Origin: Dehalococcoidia bacterium
GTDB lineage: Bacteria; Chloroflexota; Dehalococcoidia; Lucifugimonadales; JADFKI01
Length of the DNA: 64,000 bases
Direction of reading: 5' to 3'
NCBI GenBank assembly: GCA_965225795.1
Contig: OZ245324.1
Span: 568,944-632,943, forward strand
Made by a program: the position numbers and the translations under genes. Shown in pieces: positions 57,982 through 64,000 of this stretch (position 1 is the stretch's first letter; every line of letters starts with the position of its first letter). Below the pieces are notes generated by a model. That model was given only the letters and a program-made list of their open reading frames with translations. It was not told the DNA's origin and made no database searches.

Positions 57982-59316
57982 TTACAGTTCGCCCTCGTCG
58001 CGGAGATCTTTGAGGGATTGCGAGAAGGCTGCTGTGGTGCGGTCAATCACCGCTTCGTCGTGGGCGGATGACACAATGAATGCGCGTCCTCCCATCATGT
58101 CCACGCCGTTGACGAGCATTGCACGTCGCAAGGCGCGGGTCTTATCTGCGGGCATGGTGTCGTAAATCTGCTGGTAGGGCATGTTGCAGATATCCCGGTC
58201 GCAGCTGCAGTCGGCGCCGAGGTTCACATGGATTATCGAGGAGATGCCGTGCGCGTGGCCAGTAACCTCGTTCTGAATGAACGCTTCGTTGAGACCTTCT
58301 TTGAGGCGCTGCGACATTGCGTCTGCCCTAGCGTTGATGCCTTCATTTGCGATTGCATCCAGAGCGGCGATTCCTGCTGCTGCCGTTACGGGCTGGGCGT
58401 TGTAAGTCCCACCCTGCGCGACTCTGCCCATGTTGTCCCACTCCGGATCTTCGCGGAAAGCCATGAGTTCCATGATGTCGGCCCTGCCGCCAACGGCTGC
58501 GCCGGGTTGACCGCCTGCGATTATTTTCGCCATCGTGGTGAGATCAGGCTCAAGTCCCCAACGAACTTGCGCACCGCCGGGGGACAAGCGGAATCCAGTG
58601 ATCACTTCGTCCATGATGAAGATGACGCCATGCCGCCTGGTTAGATCCTGCAAGTCCTGGAGGAACTGGGGATTCTGCAAGGGGAATGTGCCGTAGTGCG
58701 CTCCGTTGCACTCAACGATGACGGCGGCGATGTCATTGTCCTGAGAGAGGATGGTGTCAACCACGGCGATGTCAGCCGGAGCGACTATCACGGTGTCCAG
58801 GACTTCTTGAGGGACGCCGCCGAGAGCCTGCCCGGACTCGGGAGTAACATAGTCGTGCCAGCCATGGAAGTGCTCGTGGAACTTTACGATTTTCGTCTTG
58901 CCGGTGTATGCGCGGGCGAGCCTTAGCGCGAGGTAAGTGGATTCCGTGCCTGACGCAGTAAAGCGAACGCGCTCCAGCGAGGGAACGAGACGCTTGACTG
59001 CTTCGGCGTAGCGCACTTCGTGGGTGGAGGCTCCGCCTACGTGAGTTCCTCTGCCAACCTGCTCCCTTACCGCTTCGACTATCTCGGGCTTGCTGTGTCC
59101 CATCAGCAGACTGCCGTTGCCCATCACGTAGTCGATAATCTGATTGTCATCAACGTCGTACTTGTAGGGGCCCTCGGCGTAGTCTATGTAAGCGGGAAAA
59201 GGCGATGTGAAGCGCGTCTGGTGTGTGATGCCGCCCGCGAATAGTGAACGGCCTCTTTCATACCAGTCCACGGACTTGCCGAACATCTCACGGTAGCGTT
59301 CTTCGATGGTGACCAT
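57982..59316 (-). CDS. Class III PLP-dependent aminotransferase (glutamate-1-semialdehyde aminomutase-like).
   Basis: 444 aa. SGTESTYLALRLARAYTGK, IMDEVITGFR and TMAKIIAGG (PLP lysine) motifs. Confidence 0.85.
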   Translation of the reverse strand: MVTIEERYREMFGKSVDWYERGRSLFAGGITHQTRFTSPFPAYIDYAEGPYKYDVDDNQIIDYVMGNGSLLMGHSKPEIVEAVREQVGRGTHVGGASTHEVRYAEAVKRLVPSLERVRFTASGTESTYLALRLARAYTGKTKIVKFHEHFHGWHDYVTPESGQALGGVPQEVLDTVIVAPADIAVVDTILSQDNDIAAVIVECNGAHYGTFPLQNPQFLQDLQDLTRRHGVIFIMDEVITGFRLSPGGAQVRWGLEPDLTTMAKIIAGGQPGAAVGGRADIMELMAFREDPEWDNMGRVAQGGTYNAQPVTAAAGIAALDAIANEGINARADAMSQRLKEGLNEAFIQNEVTGHAHGISSIIHVNLGADCSCDRDICNMPYQQIYDTMPADKTRALRRAMLVNGVDMMGGRAFIVSSAHDEAVIDRTTAAFSQSLKDLRDEGEL

Positions 59317-59543
59317 AGTTGAACTCCCTTCGTTGGTGCGGGTCGGCGCGTTGCGTCGCGTCGATATTTATATGATTGTAATTGCGCGATTGCAATTGCC
59401 AGTATTATATTCTCACAGCGGGCGTGGTCAAGGTGGTTGCCTGCCGTTCTTGTATCTGATGGGTGTGGCTGTTACTATCTTGGAAGCCGTGGGTACTCGG
59501 CGCTGTTGAAAGTAAAGACACACGATAAACGGAGGAAAACAAC

Positions 59544-60500
59544 ATGGTATTGCTTGGTTCGGGCGAATGGGTCTATGAAGTGTCGGGCGAGGACTGGGGA
59601 AATCTGCCGGAGGGCGCGACCTATAAAGAGGCAACGGCTGTAGATATTGACGAAAATGATAATGTGTATGTCTTCAACCGCGGTACGCATCCGATGATCG
59701 TATTCGACACCGAGGGGAATGTGCAGCGCACCTGGGGGCACGGCATATTCAGAAACCCGCATGGCGTTACGGTGGGACCGGACGGCAGCCTGTGGTGCGT
59801 GGACAATGGAGACCACACGGTGAGGCAGATGTCGCCGGACGGTAAGGTACTGATGACCATCGGCACGCCTGGGCAGCCTTCGGCGCCGATGAGCGGCAAG
59901 CCGTTCAATGCGCCGTCGCATGTGGCTTTCGACCCGCGCAACGGCGATTTCTATGTGGGTGACGGATACACGAACGCTGCAGTTCACAAGTATTCACCTG
60001 ACGGCAAGCACCAGTTCTCTTGGGGCGAGTCTGGGAACGACCCGGGGCAGTTCAATATCGTCCACTATGTCGGAGTGGACAAGGACGGCTGGGTGTATAT
60101 CGCGGACCGCGAGAACCACCGCGTACAGATCTTCAGTCCGGAAGGGAAGTTCGAGGCGCAGTGGACAAACATGTCGCGCACTGCCTGTCTGTATCTGGAT
60201 ACGAAGGGTGATCAAGAGCTAATCTACGTGGGCGAATATTTCTCCGGCATCAATCCGAACAGGATGGGCACGCAACTGGGGCCACGAGTGAGCATCTACG
60301 ACACGAAGGGCAATCGGCTGGCGCGGCTGGGTACACAGACTTATGGCGACGAGCCGGGGCGGTTCTACTCGCCGCACGGAATCGCGGTTGACTCGAAGGG
60401 CGACATCTATGTTGCCGAAGTGTCATACGCAGACTATGGCAGCAAGATGGATCCGCCGCAGGAGCTGCGTTCGATGCAGAAGCTGATTAAGCAAGGGTAG
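59544..60500 (+). CDS. NHL-repeat beta-propeller protein (peptidyl-alpha-hydroxyglycine lyase-like).
   Basis: It has repeated PHG(V/I)(A/T)VD..G..(W/Y)(V/C).D..NH.V..(F/M)SP.GK units. Confidence 0.8.
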   Translation: MVLLGSGEWVYEVSGEDWGNLPEGATYKEATAVDIDENDNVYVFNRGTHPMIVFDTEGNVQRTWGHGIFRNPHGVTVGPDGSLWCVDNGDHTVRQMSPDGKVLMTIGTPGQPSAPMSGKPFNAPSHVAFDPRNGDFYVGDGYTNAAVHKYSPDGKHQFSWGESGNDPGQFNIVHYVGVDKDGWVYIADRENHRVQIFSPEGKFEAQWTNMSRTACLYLDTKGDQELIYVGEYFSGINPNRMGTQLGPRVSIYDTKGNRLARLGTQTYGDEPGRFYSPHGIAVDSKGDIYVAEVSYADYGSKMDPPQELRSMQKLIKQG

Positions 60501-60620
60501 CAGGCTTCAGCTTTCAGCGGTCAGGCGTGATGTGTGATGGGCAATGGATTGTATTCGACAGGCTCATCGCAAACGATAATAAAGTAATTGAGCAAGAGTC
60601 CTCAACGAAAGGTAATCGGA

Positions 60621-60935
60621 ATGGCGACGGAATTGGGTGTTGATAGGGTGGACTTGTCTGCTGACGGGATTGCCATCCAATGGAGGGACGGGCACTCCAG
60701 CTTCTATGAAGGAAAGTACCTGCGGATCAATTGCGGGTGTGCGGAGTGCGTGGAAGAGTGGACCAACCGGAAGATCCTGGATCCAGCGATGATTGACGCC
60801 AATATCCGGGCGGAGGACTACCTGCCAATTGGAAAGTATGCGCTGCAGTTTCTGTGGAGCGACGCGCACTATACGGGGATATACCCGTTTACGATACTGA
60901 GGATGTTATGCCAGTGCGGGGAGTGTGGGGAGTAG
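60621..60935 (+). CDS. DUF971-family protein (gamma-butyrobetaine-hydroxylase N-terminal-like).
   Basis: IQWRDGHSSFYEGKYLRINCGCAEC....GKYALQFLWSDAHYTGIYPF. The track start is 60588; ATG 60621 is preferred. Confidence 0.75.
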   Translation: MATELGVDRVDLSADGIAIQWRDGHSSFYEGKYLRINCGCAECVEEWTNRKILDPAMIDANIRAEDYLPIGKYALQFLWSDAHYTGIYPFTILRMLCQCGECGE

Positions 60936-60960
60936 TTTCTGGGCATTGCTAATTTGAGCT

Positions 60961-61006
60961 TCACCCCCATCCTAACCTTCCCCCTTTACGGGGGAAGGGA
61001 TTTTTT
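60961..61006 (+). terminator. GC-rich hairpin repeat element acting as a plus-strand terminator.
   Basis: TCACCCCCATCCTAA-CCTTCCCCC-TTTAC-GGGGGAAGG-GA-TTTTTT. Confidence 0.65.
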
Positions 61007-61023
61007 CACAGAGGGGCAAAGAG

Positions 61024-61062
61024 AAAAAAAGAGGGCTGGTAATTGATCACTGCCAGCCCTCT
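61024..61062 (-). terminator. Rho-independent terminator for the minus-strand thiolase/DUF35 operon.
   Basis: On the minus strand, AGAGGGCTGG-N13-CCAGCCCTCT is followed by TTTTTTT. Confidence 0.7.
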
Positions 61063-61089
61063 CTGCTTGTTCGCTATATGGACACTGCC

Positions 61090-61506
61090 CTAGGCGGGCT
61101 TGAACTTGGGCAGAGTGATGTCGTCCGTCACGTCCTCGAAGACCACTTCGAGGGGCATGCCGACGACGAGGTTCTCGGGCGTGGGGTTGTCTATGACTAT
61201 GTTGGTCGGCATTATGGGGCCCTCGTCAAGCTCCACAAGCGCGGTAACGAAAGGCACATCACCAACGAATCCCGGATGCGGGGCGCGCTCGACGATGGCA
61301 TAGGTGTAAAGAGTAGCGTTTCCGCTTGCCTGCACCCATTCAGTATCGCGGGAGAAGCAGCAGGGAGAGATGTCCCTAGGGTAGAAGTAGGCGTTGCCGC
61401 AGGAGTTGCAGCTCCTTAGCCAGAGTTCGTGTTCCTTTGCCTTCTGCCAGTACACATCGGATTCGACCTGCGGTGTCGGCAGCGGCTTGTTGTATGCTTG
61501 TGTCAT
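61090..61506 (-). CDS. Zn-ribbon/OB-fold protein (DUF35 family).
   Basis: 138 aa with CNSCGNAYFYPRDISPCC rubredoxin-like knuckles followed by an OB-fold segment. This is the typical partner of a thiolase-like gene. Confidence 0.8.
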   Translation of the reverse strand: MTQAYNKPLPTPQVESDVYWQKAKEHELWLRSCNSCGNAYFYPRDISPCCFSRDTEWVQASGNATLYTYAIVERAPHPGFVGDVPFVTALVELDEGPIMPTNIVIDNPTPENLVVGMPLEVVFEDVTDDITLPKFKPA

Positions 61507-61591
61507 TCACATTCTCCTGAAGATGAACTGTGTCTTATCGGCGGGCGGTGCGACATTGGCATTGCTTATCGCCGCCCGCATGCGCTGTTAT

Positions 61592-62746
61592 CTAGTCTAT
61601 GCCAAGCACCACTGTGCCCGTTGAGGACAGGGAGCCGCCCGTGCCGTTGATGAGGCAGAGCCTGGGATCGTCGAGCTGACGTTCACCGGTCTCGCCGCGA
61701 AGCTGCCTGACGGCCTCCAGAACGAGGAACATGCCGTACATGCCGGAATGGGTGTAGGACAGGCCACCGCCGCTGGTGTTCATTGCGAAGTTGCCGCCGG
61801 GAGCGGTGCGCTGGTTCGCCACGAAGTCGGGACCTTCGCCGGGCTCGCAGTAGCCGAGGCTTTCGAGCGTGGCAAGGACCGTGTAGGTGAACGAGTCGTA
61901 AATCATGGAGAGGTCGATGTCGTCGTGTGTTACGCCAGCCATCTGGAGCGCGGCAGGACCGGAGTAGCGCGCCCAAGTGCGGGTGAGGTTCTTCATCTGG
62001 CTGAGAACGCCGTGGTCATGTCCCTCGGCTGCGCCCAGGACATAGACCGGCTTCTTGGGCAGGTCGCGCGCCCTTTCAGGCGTAGTTACGATATACGCGC
62101 CGCCAGCGTCCGTTACCAAACAGCAGTCGGGCAGGTGGAATGGCCATGCAATCCAGCGCGAGTTGTGGTAGTCGTCGAAGGACATCGGAGTGTCATTGAA
62201 GTACGCCTTGGGGTTCAGGTTTGCCCACTTTCGGGTTGCGACTGCAACCTCAGCCATGCCCTGCCGCACCCTGCGCTCGCCGTACATGTGCATGTAACGG
62301 CGGGCAGCCATTGCGTAGTTGATGGGCGCGCCGATGAAGCCGTAAGGGGACTCATACTGCGGGCCTGCGTCTGAACCGTTTGCGCCTGCACGAGAGCGGG
62401 CACTTCTGCCAGCCTCGCCGTGCGTCACCAGCACGGTGTCGCAGTAGCCGGCGTTGATCGCCGCGACGGCATGCGCGATGTGAATGATGAACGATGAACC
62501 GCCAACGGCGGTCGTGTCCGTGTATGTGGGGTTGATGCCCAAATACTCGCCCAAGTTAATTGTCGAAGTGCCCGCGGTCATCAAGCCGTTGACGTCCTTC
62601 ATGGACAATCCGGCGTCTTCAAGCGCGTTGTAGGCGGCTTCAGCATGGAGCTGAAGGTTGGACTTTGCGACTCTTCCTATCTCATCGGATTCTGCCACCC
62701 CAACAATGGCAACCGTCTTTCTCAGATCGGCCATTTTATATGGCAC
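61592..62746 (-). CDS. Thiolase-domain protein (SCP-x/nonspecific lipid-transfer-type thiolase).
   Basis: 384 aa. TTAVGGSSF, the GGLSYTHSGMYGM C-terminal motif, and its pairing with DUF35. Confidence 0.8.
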   Translation of the reverse strand: MPYKMADLRKTVAIVGVAESDEIGRVAKSNLQLHAEAAYNALEDAGLSMKDVNGLMTAGTSTINLGEYLGINPTYTDTTAVGGSSFIIHIAHAVAAINAGYCDTVLVTHGEAGRSARSRAGANGSDAGPQYESPYGFIGAPINYAMAARRYMHMYGERRVRQGMAEVAVATRKWANLNPKAYFNDTPMSFDDYHNSRWIAWPFHLPDCCLVTDAGGAYIVTTPERARDLPKKPVYVLGAAEGHDHGVLSQMKNLTRTWARYSGPAALQMAGVTHDDIDLSMIYDSFTYTVLATLESLGYCEPGEGPDFVANQRTAPGGNFAMNTSGGGLSYTHSGMYGMFLVLEAVRQLRGETGERQLDDPRLCLINGTGGSLSSTGTVVLGID

Positions 62747-62918
62747 CTCCCGTGTTGTTTCTGCGGTAATGCAGTCTGTATTGAGGGCGGGCGCGATGCG
62801 CCAATGCCGCCAAACAGGATATACCTTGCGGGGCTTAAAGGCAAGTTAATGGGTCGATAGTGCGGGGACAGAGACGATGGATATCGACGAGTTCCAAGGC
62901 GCTGAAACTTCGGAGCGG

Positions 62919-63551
62919 TTACTCGGATCTGCCGAAGGCTGCGACTATTGCTGCGACTATTCCGGCGAAGATGCCGACGCCGAAAAACATGAGGGCTACC
63001 GCGGTGAATTTACCGACAACCGTTACAGGGTAATGGTCACCGTAACCGACGGTGGAGACGGTAACAAGCGACCAGTAGAGGGCGTCGGGGAAGGACCGAA
63101 TGTTTGCGCCGTCGGCGTTCTGCTCCACGGTTGTTACGATGGTGGCGGCGAGCAGGACGATTCCTATGCCGTATGCAAGCAGGGTTTCAAAGGTTACAAG
63201 ATGTCTCCACCGGGAGACGTCGCGCACGACGAACAGAATGGCTGCGACGATTCTCAGCGGGCGAAGGACCGGAATGAGTACCAACATTGCTTCGGGCCAG
63301 TTGCGGCGCAGATAGGCCAATTTGCTTGGGGCTAGCGCGAGCTTAACGATGAAGGAGAAGGCGAAGAGCGCCCAAATTGCGATTTGGAGTGCGGTGTAAA
63401 TGCTCTCCTCAGCAGGGCTTAGGTTCCAGAAGTAAGGGCCCGTGATGATGGGCATCAGGGCGAAGGATGCCAGCATCAGCGGCATTTCGGTGATGCGTTC
63501 GAATCTTTCGAGACGGTCAGGGGATTTTGGGGCGAGTTTCATGGTGGGCAT
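62919..63551 (-). CDS. Potassium channel protein (TVGYGD selectivity filter) with an S4-like Arg-rich helix.
   Basis: STVGYGD filter, LRPLRIVAAILFVVRDVSRWR helix; 210 aa. Confidence 0.8.
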   Translation of the reverse strand: MPTMKLAPKSPDRLERFERITEMPLMLASFALMPIITGPYFWNLSPAEESIYTALQIAIWALFAFSFIVKLALAPSKLAYLRRNWPEAMLVLIPVLRPLRIVAAILFVVRDVSRWRHLVTFETLLAYGIGIVLLAATIVTTVEQNADGANIRSFPDALYWSLVTVSTVGYGDHYPVTVVGKFTAVALMFFGVGIFAGIVAAIVAAFGRSE

Positions 63552-63600
63552 CCGCGCAGGATTCGCTTATCCCCCGACCATCCTAGAATGTTAAGCCGGT

Positions 63601-63927
63601 CTATTGTAGCGGGGAGTAGTCGGTAGGGACTAGGGTCGTGTTGAAGACGCGGCGGACGATGAGGCCGTCGGCTTCGGATTCGGCGCGCACCTTTGCCCAT
63701 TCGGGGTCGTTGCGGAATGCTGCCCAAGCGCGCTCGCGGTGTGCGGCGTCCTCGAAGCCGATGATGTAAATCAGGCGGTCGCTGTAATCGCCGACATCTG
63801 CGGTGAAGTAGCCGATGTTCTTGATGCCGTGCTTCTCGAATATTTTCATGGTGTGGTCTCGGAAGCGGGCGTTGATGTTGGGCAGCCTACCCGGTAGCGT
63901 CTCATATACTCGGTATTCGTAGATCAT
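63601..63927 (-). CDS. NIPSNAP-family protein.
   Basis: 108 aa. MIYEYRVYE..PG......RF......F.KHG, with a dimeric alpha-beta-barrel-like pattern. Confidence 0.7.
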   Translation of the reverse strand: MIYEYRVYETLPGRLPNINARFRDHTMKIFEKHGIKNIGYFTADVGDYSDRLIYIIGFEDAAHRERAWAAFRNDPEWAKVRAESEADGLIVRRVFNTTLVPTDYSPLQ

Positions 63928-64000
63928 GTTGCCTCCTTTTTCTCTATCGCGTGTCTCATATAACGCGGTTGTGTTAGATTGCTGTCACGCCGTTGGTCAG

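Noticed and set aside
1-64000. Searched by eye for tRNA-Sec (selC), selA/selB/selD, CRISPR arrays, transposases, integrases, toxin-antitoxin pairs and defence-system genes.
   Set aside because: None was recognisable in this window. The only RNA gene found is tRNA-Asn. The Sec-insertion machinery must lie elsewhere if the selenoprotein interpretation is right.

Overview
This is a 64-kb chromosomal segment of a moderately GC-rich bacterium. I call about 58 protein genes and one tRNA-Asn(GTT). No rRNA, CRISPR array, transposase or integrase is visible. The gene content includes a fused transaldolase/PGI, a fused GldF-GldG permease and many MFS, SDR, VOC, NHL and alpha/beta-hydrolase paralogues. 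It looks like a marine Chloroflexota-type heterotroph, but that taxonomy is inference only.

Housekeeping genes are metH, a groEL paralogue, rnd, yebC-ruvC-ruvA, priA, rplS, HU and a tal-pgi/gnd/zwf pentose-phosphate operon.

Main result: four pairs of adjacent same-frame minus-strand ORFs in the supplied track are really single genes. Each is interrupted by one in-frame TGA that sits on a redox-active Cys position. They are a UGSC/UxxCxxC protein, a two-domain rhodanese, a thioredoxin-fold lipoprotein (W-U-G-T-C) and an AhpD-like protein (C-R-F-U). Each TGA is followed 7-12 nt downstream by a GC-rich hairpin. I interpret them as selenocysteine genes, so this window is selenoprotein-dense. The UGSC gene sits in an uncharacterised three-gene operon.

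Other structure not explained by genes:
- Three copies of a 180-240 bp MITE-like element with an internal variable-number ~31-nt tandem repeat bracket two small gene cassettes.
- A family of GC-rich CCTTCCCCC-N5-GGGGGAAGG hairpin repeats lies between genes and once inside an ORF.
- A three-member paralogous family of unknown proteins shares a ~40-aa DPD..R..AA..LL..G(F/W) motif.
- A perfect 7-1-7 Fur-family box lies upstream of a Fur-like gene, which is followed by DUF1800/DUF1501/NHL genes.

Several track ORF starts were shortened on RBS evidence. All functional calls rest on motif recognition by eye; no searches were run.
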